Origin: Leptonemataceae bacterium
GTDB taxonomy: Bacteria; Spirochaetota; Leptospiria; Leptospirales; Leptonemataceae
Direction: 5' to 3'
NCBI GenBank assembly: GCA_965227295.1
Contig: OZ245742.1
Location: 4,032,001-4,096,000 of the forward strand
DNA: 64,000 nucleotides
Part shown: positions 30,195-39,110 of the stretch, piece by piece
How positions within the stretch are numbered: the first letter of the stretch is position 1
Layout: each line of letters starts with the position of its first letter
Notes under the pieces: model-generated
Databases searched by the model: none
What the model saw: the letters and a program-made list of their open reading frames with translations, nothing else
Told to the model about the DNA's origin: nothing
Program-made: the position numbers and the translations under genes

Positions 30195-30251
30195 TAAGAA
30201 TCTGCCTACGCATTTTCTTATGCAAATATGAAATATACGCATATTTTCGTA
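30195..30251. promoter_or_regulatory. Cluster of putative NarL/RcsB-type operator boxes upstream of cqsA
   Basis: TAAGAATCTGCCTA (30195-30208) and TACGCATTTTCTTA (30207-30220) resemble the RcsAB box TaAGaatatTCctA; TACGCATATTTTCGTA at 30236-30251. Confidence 0.4.
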
Positions 30252-30259
30252 CAGCAAAA

Positions 30260-30373
30260 TTGCGAGGGTATCTCCCCCTCTGACGCTCCTCGCGCGGCGC
30301 CATCCATGGCTTAGCGCGAGGAGGCGCGGCCTTCCTGGCCGCGTGACTGTCAGAGGGGGAGACACCCTCGCAA
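30260..30373. repeat. Branched palindromic REP-like element
   Basis: 25-bp outer inverted repeat with one mismatch enclosing two inner hairpins (CTCCTCGCGC/GCGCGAGGAG; CGCGGCC/GGCCGCG). Confidence 0.7.
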
Positions 30374-30494
30374 AGGCGGGGGGAATTTCGTGCGGTATTG
30401 TCGTCTTCGGATGTGGCCCGGTAGCCAAATGCCCCCAATCGGAGGGCATCGCTGACAACCATTGACTTATCCCCGTTTTCCGACACACCAAAAT

Positions 30495-31337
30495 TCAAGC
30501 GACCTCTAAATCCTCGAATTGATTCGGGCTCATAAACCCGATGCTACTATGAACCCTCCGGGGGTTGTAGAAGAGTTCGATGAACTCAAACACAGCCTCC
30601 CGGGCATGATCCACATCTACAAACTCGTCCGTGCCGATCCCTTCCTTGAGGATCGAGAAGAACGATTCCACACACGCATTGTCCCAACAGTTCCCCCGCC
30701 GGCTCATGCTTTGCACGATGTTGTGGCGACGGAGTTCCACGCGGAACTCACGCGATGCATACTGCACGCCCTGATCCGAATGGAACATCAGCCCCTTGCC
30801 CGGCTGCCTCGTCTTCACGGCCATATCCAGCGCCGCCACGGCGAGTTGCGCAGGCATACGATCCTGCACGTCCCAACCGATGATGCGACGCGAGAACAGG
30901 TCCATCACAACGCATAGATAGACCCAGCCAATGCGCGTTTTCAGGAACGTGATATCCGAAGCCCAGACACGATTAGGTTGCGCCACGTTGAAGTTACGGC
31001 CGAGCAGATTCGGAGACGCCTTGAAGCGATGATTCGAGTCCGTCGTGCAGACCTTGAATTTTCGCCTTTGTTTCCCGCTGATTCCAGCCTGTTTCATCAG
31101 TCGGTGGATACGTGTTTTGCCCACGTATTCGCCCCAACCGCGCAGGATTTCCCGGATCTTGGCGACGCCGCAGCGACCTTGCTCGTGATAGGCCTGCACG
31201 ATCAAACGCGTAAGTCTGACATCTTCACGATCACGCGCCGACGGTGCACGCTTTACGAAGCGATAGAACGATTTTCGCGAAACCTCAAGTACGCGGGCCA
31301 TGCGACCGATTGGAAACTCCTCGCGATGAGCTTCCAT
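30495..31337 (-). CDS. IS3 transposase OrfB (DDE integrase core), expressed as OrfAB via -1 frameshift
   Basis: WASDITF, HSDQGVQY, CWDNACVESFF; slippery AAAAAAG on the minus strand at 31379-31385. Confidence 0.95.
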   Translation of the reverse strand: MEAHREEFPIGRMARVLEVSRKSFYRFVKRAPSARDREDVRLTRLIVQAYHEQGRCGVAKIREILRGWGEYVGKTRIHRLMKQAGISGKQRRKFKVCTTDSNHRFKASPNLLGRNFNVAQPNRVWASDITFLKTRIGWVYLCVVMDLFSRRIIGWDVQDRMPAQLAVAALDMAVKTRQPGKGLMFHSDQGVQYASREFRVELRRHNIVQSMSRRGNCWDNACVESFFSILKEGIGTDEFVDVDHAREAVFEFIELFYNPRRVHSSIGFMSPNQFEDLEVA

Positions 31338-31348
31338 GAACTCGAAAA

Positions 31349-31642
31349 CTACAGTTCTCTCGATAGCATGGCCGCGAACTTTTTTAGGATCGTGTTATCC
31401 ATCTTCAGTTCGGCGTTCTCTTTACGAAGCTGCTCCAGCTCCTCTTCGACGCTGAGCTTGCTGCGCTTCCCTTTGCCTTTTTCTTCTTTGGCCTCTCGAT
31501 CCATATACTCCTTCTTCCACTCACGCAAAGTCCAGTAGCTGATCCCCAGCGACGCCGACACTTCTTTCAGGGTGCGCTCACCCTCCACTACGGCCTTCAC
31601 GGCCTCCTCGCGGAATTCCCGCGGATACCTCTTCTTTTTCAC
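31349..31642 (-). CDS. IS3 transposase OrfA (HTH plus leucine zipper)
   Basis: RYPREFREEAV..VSASLGISYWTLREW, ELEQLRKENAELKMDNTILKK. Confidence 0.93.
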   Translation of the reverse strand: MKKKRYPREFREEAVKAVVEGERTLKEVSASLGISYWTLREWKKEYMDREAKEEKGKGKRSKLSVEEELEQLRKENAELKMDNTILKKFAAMLSREL

Positions 31643-31790
31643 TCTGACCTCCTTATTCAGGACGCCCGATTTAGTGTATCAGTTTTCGGGGATAAGCCAC
31701 ATTGCTAACCAGCGCTAATCACACATTAGCTTTATCAAACCAGACTCTGTGTCCTCTGTGCCTCTGTGGCAAAGGGACACTCAGCCCGGC

Positions 31791-32429
31791 CTAGTTCAGA
31801 CCTTTGCTGAGGGCATAGCGGATGAGGGCGGCTTTGCGATGGATGCCCAGCTTTTGCTTGATGTGCTCGATGTGCTTGTTGACCGTCGTGTAGGAGATGC
31901 CCAGTTCGGTGCCGATCATCTTGGACGAGTGCCCCTGGGCCACACAGATGAGCACCTGGAGTTCGCGGTCGGAGAGCGTGGCGAGCTGGCCTTCGCGGCG
32001 TGGTGTCGCCGGTTCGGGGGACATGATGCGGGGTTGTGAGAAGCCCGTGGAGATTGCCGTCTCGCCGGCCAGGGTTTTGCGTACGGCGTTCAGGATGATG
32101 TGTTCCTGTTCTTCTTTGATTACGTAGCCGCACGCCCCGCGGTTGAGGGCCTTGCGGATGAATTCCTGGTTCTTGTGGACCGTGAGGACGAGCACCTGGA
32201 TGTCCGGAAAGCCGGCCTTCAGTCGCTCCAGCGCCGCGATGCCGTCCATGCCGGGCATGCTGAGATCCAGGATGACCAGGTCACAGGAGCGGCCGGCCAG
32301 CAAGTCCAGCAGTTCCTTGCCGCTCCCGGCCTCACCGACCACTTCCAGGTCGGCCTCGGCTTCCAGCAACAGGCGGAGGCCGCTCCGTATCAGGAAATGG
32401 TCGTCTGCGATAATGATTCTACGCCTCAT
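31791..32429 (-). CDS. NarL/LuxR-family response regulator
   Basis: REC domain (IIADDH, DLSMPGMDG, GYVIK) plus LuxR HTH (LSDRELQVL..G.SSKMIGTELGISYTTVNKH). Confidence 0.95.
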   Translation of the reverse strand: MRRRIIIADDHFLIRSGLRLLLEAEADLEVVGEAGSGKELLDLLAGRSCDLVILDLSMPGMDGIAALERLKAGFPDIQVLVLTVHKNQEFIRKALNRGACGYVIKEEQEHIILNAVRKTLAGETAISTGFSQPRIMSPEPATPRREGQLATLSDRELQVLICVAQGHSSKMIGTELGISYTTVNKHIEHIKQKLGIHRKAALIRYALSKGLN

Positions 32430-32547
32430 GGGTTGAGCCGGCCAAAATTATATTTTAGCTCCGCTGATAATTTGTAAATATATTAATGGTCGGCCGGCAC
32501 TCTTTTCCGCTACCGCCAGGTGCGATTCGGCCGATATTATATACGAC

Positions 32548-33579
32548 ATGTTGCGACGTTTCGCGTTTTCGACGCTCTCCGTGTGCCTGGTGTTCGCCGC
32601 CGCGGGCGAGCTTTTTGCCCAGGTCGATCGGGACCCCCGGGGCGATCGGACGGTGGATTTCTGGAGCCGCTACGGTGCGGTGGAACTGGAATTCGAACGC
32701 ATCACGTTTTCCGCGAACGAGGACATCCCCGTACGTTTTCGGGTGAGCAATCGCGGTTATCGCGTCATTCGAATCTATCCTTCGGCCCGGCCGCTGTCCA
32801 CGTTTCGTTTTCTCGTCACCAATCGCCAGGGCCAGGAGATTCCGGTTCATTTCAACTCGCGCCAGTTCAACAATCGCGAGCTCGGGGACCGAACGGTGGT
32901 CAATCTCCAGGGTGAGATGGTCAAAGAAATCGTCCTGCACCCCGGCGAGAGCCTGGAAAAGACGTTGTACCTGAATGACTTCTATCGCCTTGAAGCCGGG
33001 CGGGAGTACCGCATTTCGGCTTATTTTTATCCGGATCAGCGGGATCAATACTTCGTGCGTTCGGCGGGCATTTCACGCATTCGCATCGACGAGCGGCGGA
33101 GCGACGGACGCCGGGACGGTCCGGAAAACGTCGACCTTCCCGACGGCGGTCGCACGCCGGAGTTGTCCCCCGAGGAAACGGTCTACCTGTTTCTGTCCGC
33201 GGAAATGCGCCGGAACTGGAAAAACTATTTGAAATATCTGGATCTGCCGCAGTACATTACGGCGTACGATCGTTTCGCATCCCGGTACGTCCAGGCGCGG
33301 GGCCACGAACGCCCGGATGTCCTCCGTTCGTTCGCGGACTATCTCACCGGCGATCCGGCCAACCGCCTGGTGCGCTTTCGCATCGAAGCGGTGGAGCCGG
33401 AACGCGACGGCGACGGACGGGTGCTGCCGAACGGGCGCTCGTTCGTGAAGGTGAAGGCCACCAGGGAGAGCGACGGTTTCACGGCCCGCTACGAATACAC
33501 ATACACCCTGGAACCGGGCCGCGGTCGCTCCGAGGGCTTCTGGAAGATCATCTACGTCAAGGCGCAATTGATTCGCTGA
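32548..33579 (+). CDS. Exported hypothetical protein upstream of fliM
   Basis: Signal peptide ending ELFAQ; Ig-like N-domain (LHPGESLEKTLYL) and NTF2-like C-domain ending WKII. Confidence 0.75.
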   Translation: MLRRFAFSTLSVCLVFAAAGELFAQVDRDPRGDRTVDFWSRYGAVELEFERITFSANEDIPVRFRVSNRGYRVIRIYPSARPLSTFRFLVTNRQGQEIPVHFNSRQFNNRELGDRTVVNLQGEMVKEIVLHPGESLEKTLYLNDFYRLEAGREYRISAYFYPDQRDQYFVRSAGISRIRIDERRSDGRRDGPENVDLPDGGRTPELSPEETVYLFLSAEMRRNWKNYLKYLDLPQYITAYDRFASRYVQARGHERPDVLRSFADYLTGDPANRLVRFRIEAVEPERDGDGRVLPNGRSFVKVKATRESDGFTARYEYTYTLEPGRGRSEGFWKIIYVKAQLIR

Positions 33580-33631
33580 TGGGAAGTGTTGGTCCACAAA
33601 CTGTTAGCGAGACAAATTTTAGAGTTACACC

Positions 33632-34657
33632 ATGACTGAAATCTTATCCCAGGATGAAATCGACGCGCTGCTCTCGGCGATCTCCTCCGGCGAGGTCGAT
33701 CCCGACGATTACTCCGCCGTGGGCGAACAAAAAAAGGTCAAGATCTACGACTTTCGCCGCCCGGACAAATTCTCGAAGGACCAGATCCGCACGCTCCAGA
33801 TGATGCACGAGACCTTCGCGCGTCTCACCACCACGGCGCTCTCGGCGCAGCTTCGCGCCCTCGTCGGCGTGCACGTGGGTTCGGTCGACCAGTTGACGTA
33901 CGAAGAATTCATTCGTTCGATTCCGAACCCCACGACCCTGGCCGTGATCAACATGGACCCGCTCCGCGGTTCGGCCGTCCTGGAGATCGACCCCAGCATT
34001 ACGTTTACGATCATCGACCGCCTCTTCGGCGGCCCCGGCGAACCCACGAAGATCACCCGGGAACTTTCGGACATTGAGATGTCCGTTATGGAAGGCATCA
34101 TCGTACGCATCCTCGGCAACTTACGGGAAGCCTGGTCGACGGTGATCGACCTGCGCCCGCGCCTGGGAAACATTGAAACGAACCCGCAGTTCGCGCAGAT
34201 CGTTCCGCCGAACGACATGGTGGTTTTGATCACGCTGGAAACGAAGGTCGGCGACGTGGAGGGCATGACGAACCTGTGTATCCCGTACATCACGATCGAG
34301 CCGATCATCTCCAAGCTGTCGGCGCAGTACTGGTACTCGTCCATTCGTCGCGGTGAGGCGGACGAGAACAAGGCCATCATCCAGGAACGCCTGGACCAGG
34401 TTACGATTCCGCTCCGCTGCGAAGTGGGCGAGGTGGAGTTGCCGTTGTCGGAAATCCTGGGTCTCGGTCCGGGGGACGTCGTTAAGTTGGGCGCAACGCA
34501 CATTAAGAGCGACATGACCGTGAAGGTGGGCGACCGCCAGAAGTTCAAGTGCCGGCCGGGTAAGATCGGCGGGCGGTTGTGCATTCAGATCGGTGAGACG
34601 ATTGACGACATCCCGGATGAACTGCTGGGATCTACGAAGTCCGAAGAAGAGATTTGA
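33632..34657 (+). CDS. fliM: Flagellar motor switch protein FliM (canonical copy)
   Basis: LSQDEIDALL CheY-P peptide, YDFRRPDKFSKDQ, DRLFGGPG, C-terminal SpoA domain. Confidence 0.97.
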   Translation: MTEILSQDEIDALLSAISSGEVDPDDYSAVGEQKKVKIYDFRRPDKFSKDQIRTLQMMHETFARLTTTALSAQLRALVGVHVGSVDQLTYEEFIRSIPNPTTLAVINMDPLRGSAVLEIDPSITFTIIDRLFGGPGEPTKITRELSDIEMSVMEGIIVRILGNLREAWSTVIDLRPRLGNIETNPQFAQIVPPNDMVVLITLETKVGDVEGMTNLCIPYITIEPIISKLSAQYWYSSIRRGEADENKAIIQERLDQVTIPLRCEVGEVELPLSEILGLGPGDVVKLGATHIKSDMTVKVGDRQKFKCRPGKIGGRLCIQIGETIDDIPDELLGSTKSEEEI

Positions 34658-35150
34658 ACCACCGAGGCTCCGAGGACGCCGGGTTCCTTTTGTGAGGGGT
34701 GTTTACTCTGGTCTGTAGGTGGGCGTGTCGGCGTGGTGTATTCGCTGGACACGCGTCGTTACATTCAAAGCAATGAATACGATCGGGCTTCGCTTCGCTG
34801 CGGTCTCGCGAAGACGCGAGACTGGCGCTTCGCGCCACCCTCCGGATCGCTAACGCGGGAGTCTTGCCAACCATCCGGACATAGGTCACCCACCCCCTGT
34901 GGGTGGATCTTCTTCGGAGGAGGGTCGTAGAAGAAGTGATCCAGGCGAGCGGCGGCACGGCCGGAAGGCGGGGTATTATATCATAGAAACCTCCCCCCGT
35001 CCACCGAAAATGTCACACCCCTGTGCTATGCTAAACTGGGGAGGTTTGCTTCCAGCCTGGCGGACGTTTAGTTTTGCTTTTGATTTTCCCATGTGCAGCC
35101 CGGAGGCATCCGATGGAGGACCGAGAACGCCGGTTTCGTCATCGAGCCAG
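34657..35150. repeat. Stack of repeat remnants between the two fliM genes
   Basis: Half CCGAGG element (34657-34700); REP-like multi-hairpin (34784-34857); segment homologous to 14701-14850 (34866-35020); degenerate array-unit match (35041-35150). Confidence 0.6.
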
Positions 35151-35356
35151 ATGGGAGTCCAGGGTAGCCTTCTCTCGTAGACCGCATAGCACCACAAGTT
35201 ACTACTTCCTCCGGGCTTCGCATCCCGAAAGTTTGTCTTGTTACAAGATTGACTAATCCCTTAGTATTACTCCAGAAAACTTTACCGTGTTTACTTTTTA
35301 CGGTTTTTTTCTTGTGATCCGAACGCGCGCGAGTCAGAATTCATCAGAGGTGCGCC

Positions 35357-36379
35357 ATGACTGAAATCATCTCCCGTGAAGAACTCGAGAATCTGCTCGC
35401 CGCCATGCAGGCCGGCGATCCGGCGCGCCACGACACCGGGGAAGGGCCGCGCTCCGAACGCCCGCGGCGGGTGAAACCCTACGACTTTCTGCATCCGGAT
35501 CGTTTTGCCCGGGAGCAACTCAAGACCCTGGAAATGATCCACGAGAACTTTGCCCGCACGGCAAGCGCCGCGCTGTCCGCGCGTCTGCGCAGCATCGTGT
35601 CCATGCGCGTGGTGGACGTCACCCAGGTGAGCTTCGAAGAGTTCGTCCGCCTGGTGCCGAACCCGACGACCCTCGGCATCATCAACATGGAACCGCTGCG
35701 CGGTTCGGCGGTGCTGGAACTCGCACCGGAAATGAGCTTCGCCATTATCGATCGACTCTTCGGCGGCCGCGGCGAACCCGTGAAGCTGCACCGGGAAATC
35801 TCCGACATCGAAATGAACGCCCTCGAAACCGTGATCGTGCGGATGTTAGGCGACCTGCGCGAGTCCTGGGTGCAACTCGTCGATCTGCGGCCGCGCATCG
35901 CGCGCATCGAAACGAATCCGTACTTTACGCAGATCGTTCCGCCCCGGGACATGGCCGTGCTCATTGTCTTCGATACAAAGATCGGCGACATCGAGACGTT
36001 CGTTAACCTGTGCATTCCGTACATTACCATCGAGCCGATCATGAACAAACTCGCGCCGCACGAGTTCTATCGTCAGGGGGAGAGCAGCGGCGGCCACGAG
36101 ACGGCACTGAAAGAACGCCTGGACGAGATGCCCGTGTCGGTGCGTTGTGAAGTGGGCGAGGTGGAATTGCCGCTGAACACCGTGGCCGGCCTGGAAGTCG
36201 GCGACGTGGTGAAGATCGCGTCGACGCACGTGCACGATGACATGACGTTTATGATCGGCGAGCGCGCGAAGTTCAAGTGCCGGCCGGGTAAAATCCGCGG
36301 ACGTTTGTGCGTGCAGATCGGCGAGATGATCGAAGGCGTGCCCGACGAATTCTTGAAGTTCGCCGGGGATGAAGATTGA
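35357..36379 (+). CDS. fliM: Second, diverged FliM paralogue
   Basis: Aligns end to end with the 33632 copy (YDFLHPDRFAREQ, DRLFGGRG, NLCIPYITIEPI, KFKCRPGKI); N-terminal peptide is ISREELENLL. Confidence 0.92.
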   Translation: MTEIISREELENLLAAMQAGDPARHDTGEGPRSERPRRVKPYDFLHPDRFAREQLKTLEMIHENFARTASAALSARLRSIVSMRVVDVTQVSFEEFVRLVPNPTTLGIINMEPLRGSAVLELAPEMSFAIIDRLFGGRGEPVKLHREISDIEMNALETVIVRMLGDLRESWVQLVDLRPRIARIETNPYFTQIVPPRDMAVLIVFDTKIGDIETFVNLCIPYITIEPIMNKLAPHEFYRQGESSGGHETALKERLDEMPVSVRCEVGEVELPLNTVAGLEVGDVVKIASTHVHDDMTFMIGERAKFKCRPGKIRGRLCVQIGEMIEGVPDEFLKFAGDED

Positions 36380-37496
36380 TGCGTCCGCGGTGATACCGTA
36401 CGATGATGGGATGATTTTTGAAAGCATCATCTATCAGAAACTGTTACAGTATGATCTGGTTCGCGCGCGAGTTCTCAAAGATTTTCGCAATCAACAGTAC
36501 GACGTAGAGATCGGCGAGGTCCTTTGCGCAAAACATTGCCTGACCCCGTCCGATCGAAGTCGTAAAATCCGGCTGGTGGGTACACCGGGTTCCTGGGGTT
36601 CGCGAACCCTGTGCAAGGGCGAAGATGTATTTCTGTTTTTGACTACGATTCATGGCTGTTTTTACCAGGATTCCTGGAGAGGTCATCTCATTGTCCGCAA
36701 TGATCGGGTCCTGTCGCAGATCGAAAGCATCGCAGAAGACCTGCATGCGCATACAACCGAGGGCGGCGACGGCCTCTATAGCGTGCCGCTGGCTCTCTTT
36801 GAGGAGCATCTGCGGAAGTGCATCCGTGAGATTGATCACATACCGCGAAGCAACTATCGAATCCCGCTGGGACACGAAAAAAAGTTGGCCGAAGGTCGGG
36901 TCGTGGTCTCCGGTTTCGGAGCTGCAGTCGTAGACATCGTTTCGGCCCTGGAGGCATACGGATGCCGGCGACTGGAAGCGATCGACGCCGGGGAAAGATG
37001 CGATCTAAGCGACGTCGCCTGCGTCGTTTGTCTGCTGGATCCGGACGATGAACGATTCCCGGCCCTGATTGGCAGAGCGCAGCAACACGGCGCACATGTC
37101 ATATTGCTGCTGAATCCAGGCTACGGTTGGGTGTTGCATCATATTCCGAAAGATTCCTGCCCGGCGCGTCTGCCCTGGTGCCGATTTCCGAAACTCAGTC
37201 CAGGGGCCGCGGTATTGCAGGAGATTGTCCGATTCGTAGGCGCGCGGAAAGGCATCCCGGTCTGGCTCCGTCGGGCCGCACGCGACCTGTCACGCGGCCG
37301 CTTACAGTGGAACGCGACGTCCGGCGAGCCTCCCGGCGATTTCATATGTGAGGAAGTACGGAGTGTCCTGTGTACATCGGCCTGGCCCGTGTTTCCAGTT
37401 CCGATCTTTCCTGGCGGCGAACCGTGGGTGAACGAGCATATCCCGCTCCGATTTCTGGGCCGGTTTCGAACCTGGCTCTCCACCGGCGTCTGGTAA
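36369..37496 (+). CDS. Hypothetical protein
   Basis: 375-codon ORF overlapping the fliM2 stop; lower GC; no family recognised. Confidence 0.55.
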   Translation: MKIDASAVIPYDDGMIFESIIYQKLLQYDLVRARVLKDFRNQQYDVEIGEVLCAKHCLTPSDRSRKIRLVGTPGSWGSRTLCKGEDVFLFLTTIHGCFYQDSWRGHLIVRNDRVLSQIESIAEDLHAHTTEGGDGLYSVPLALFEEHLRKCIREIDHIPRSNYRIPLGHEKKLAEGRVVVSGFGAAVVDIVSALEAYGCRRLEAIDAGERCDLSDVACVVCLLDPDDERFPALIGRAQQHGAHVILLLNPGYGWVLHHIPKDSCPARLPWCRFPKLSPGAAVLQEIVRFVGARKGIPVWLRRAARDLSRGRLQWNATSGEPPGDFICEEVRSVLCTSAWPVFPVPIFPGGEPWVNEHIPLRFLGRFRTWLSTGVW

Positions 37497-37720
37497 ACCG
37501 GGGACCGGGGACTCGCCTTATGCCGCCCCGCGATTTGGCTTGCGATAAACACCAGATCCAGCGTGGCCAGGGCGGACGTCGCGAGACAACTGGCCAGAGC
37601 CGCCACGCTGGCCACGATCAGGGCGCGGCCTTCCATGCGGGGCAGCGTTTCGGAGCGGGCCTCGTTGGTTAAGACCCGAACGATCCGGTGGTACGTCTGC
37701 ACGGGACGACGTCCACGCCG

Positions 37721-38131
37721 TTACGGATTTTCCGGCATCTTCTGCGCCTTGTCCACGTGCAGTCCGGAACGGACCGCGCACACGGCCGTGGGTTCGGCGA
37801 TCATGAGGGCGTCCGGGTGATCCTGAGCGATTTTGCCCGAGCCGGAACGGAAGATGGTGCGCATGAGTTTAGCGAACGTGAACTTTTCTTCCCAGCCATC
37901 AATGACGCAACTACAGAACTTATCCCGGGTGGCCGCGTCTTTCTTTTTGATCTTCGGATCTTTCGCAATGTTGGCCCACAGCGCGTCCACGCAGAGTTCC
38001 AGGGCGACGTCGCGTTCTTCTTCGTTGAAATTGCCTTCGTCGGCGGAGAGTGGAGGCACTACGGCGGCCGCGGTGCCAACGACAAAGATACAGGCGAGAG
38101 TGAGGACGATGTGGAGTGGGCGATACTGCAT
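37721..38131 (-). CDS. Small secreted cysteine-containing hypothetical protein
   Basis: Signal peptide MQYRPLHIVLTLACIFVVGTAAAV; C..C.C..C pattern. Confidence 0.6.
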   Translation of the reverse strand: MQYRPLHIVLTLACIFVVGTAAAVVPPLSADEGNFNEEERDVALELCVDALWANIAKDPKIKKKDAATRDKFCSCVIDGWEEKFTFAKLMRTIFRSGSGKIAQDHPDALMIAEPTAVCAVRSGLHVDKAQKMPENP

Positions 38132-38303
38132 GACGGCAGATTGCGACGGTGATGGGGTGGAGCAATAACTTTTACAAGGCCAATGCCCGGCAAGACCCTG
38201 CACCCGTGAGCCGCCTGAACGATGCAGGTCGATTTTCCCGGTCGCCGTTTCGGCGCGAAGTTGTTTGTGTTTCGTAGCCGCCCGTTTGCGGCACGAGCCT
38301 TAC

Positions 38304-39110
38304 ATGATCTTCGCCTTCGATCCATACAATCTTTTCTTCACGGCCGTCGTCACCGCCGGCCTCCAGGCCGTGCTCTTTCTCATGGCGGCGACGCTCAAGA
38401 CCGACAAATTCACCGACATTACTTACAGCTTAAACTTCGTCATCCTGGCCCTGGTGTTGTGCGCTGTCACCCTGGACGGTGAACCCCATCTCCGGCGCAT
38501 TCTGCTCACCGTGGCCGTCAGCGTGTGGGGCCTGCGCCTGGGTGCGTATTTATTGATTCGCATCTTCAAAATGGGCAAGGACGATCGTTTCGACGATAAG
38601 CGCGATTCGTTCTGGTCGTTCGCGAAGTTCTGGATCTTCCAGGCCCTCGTGGTATGGCTGATTCTATTGCCCGTTACGATCGCCATGAGCATCGTCCCGC
38701 AACCGGAGCCGGGCCTCCCGGACTACGTCGGCTTCGCGCTGTGGTTGATCGGCTTCGTCGTCGAAGCAGTGGCGGACCAGCAGAAGTTCGCGTTCAAGAA
38801 CGATGCGGCTAATTCCGGGAAGTGGATTCAGTCCGGCCTCTGGAAGTACTCGCGCCATCCGAATTACTTCGGCGAGACGTTGCTCTGGTGGGGCGTCTTC
38901 GTTCTGGCGTTGCCGGCATTGTTCGCCGCGCCGGTGTACATGCTCCTCGTTGCGTTGCTGGGTCCCGTGTGCATCACGCTGATTCTTTTGTTCGTGAGCG
39001 GCATTCCGTTGCTCGAAGAGAAGCACGAGAAACGCTACGGCGATCTCCCGGAGTACCAGGCCTACAAGGCGCGCACGAATTTGTTTGTGCCCTGGTTTCC
39101 GCGGGCGTGA
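38304..39110 (+). CDS. DUF1295 / steroid 5-alpha-reductase-like membrane protein
   Basis: WGLRLG, DDRFD, EAVADQQK, GLWKYSRHPNYFGE, SGIPLLE. Confidence 0.92.
   Translation: MIFAFDPYNLFFTAVVTAGLQAVLFLMAATLKTDKFTDITYSLNFVILALVLCAVTLDGEPHLRRILLTVAVSVWGLRLGAYLLIRIFKMGKDDRFDDKRDSFWSFAKFWIFQALVVWLILLPVTIAMSIVPQPEPGLPDYVGFALWLIGFVVEAVADQQKFAFKNDAANSGKWIQSGLWKYSRHPNYFGETLLWWGVFVLALPALFAAPVYMLLVALLGPVCITLILLFVSGIPLLEEKHEKRYGDLPEYQAYKARTNLFVPWFPRA

Larger units (their letters stand above)
30463..31699 (-). mobile_element. IS3-family insertion sequence, apparently intact (1237 bp)
   Basis: Terminal IRs TGACTTATCCCCG../TGGCTTATCCCCG..; 3-bp target duplication CAT (30460-30462, 31700-31702); orfA and orfB. 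Confidence 0.95.

Noticed and set aside
34874..34890. CCGGACATAGGTCAC as an IS481-type terminal repeat
   Set aside because: The resemblance is short and from memory, and no partner end or transposase is adjacent.
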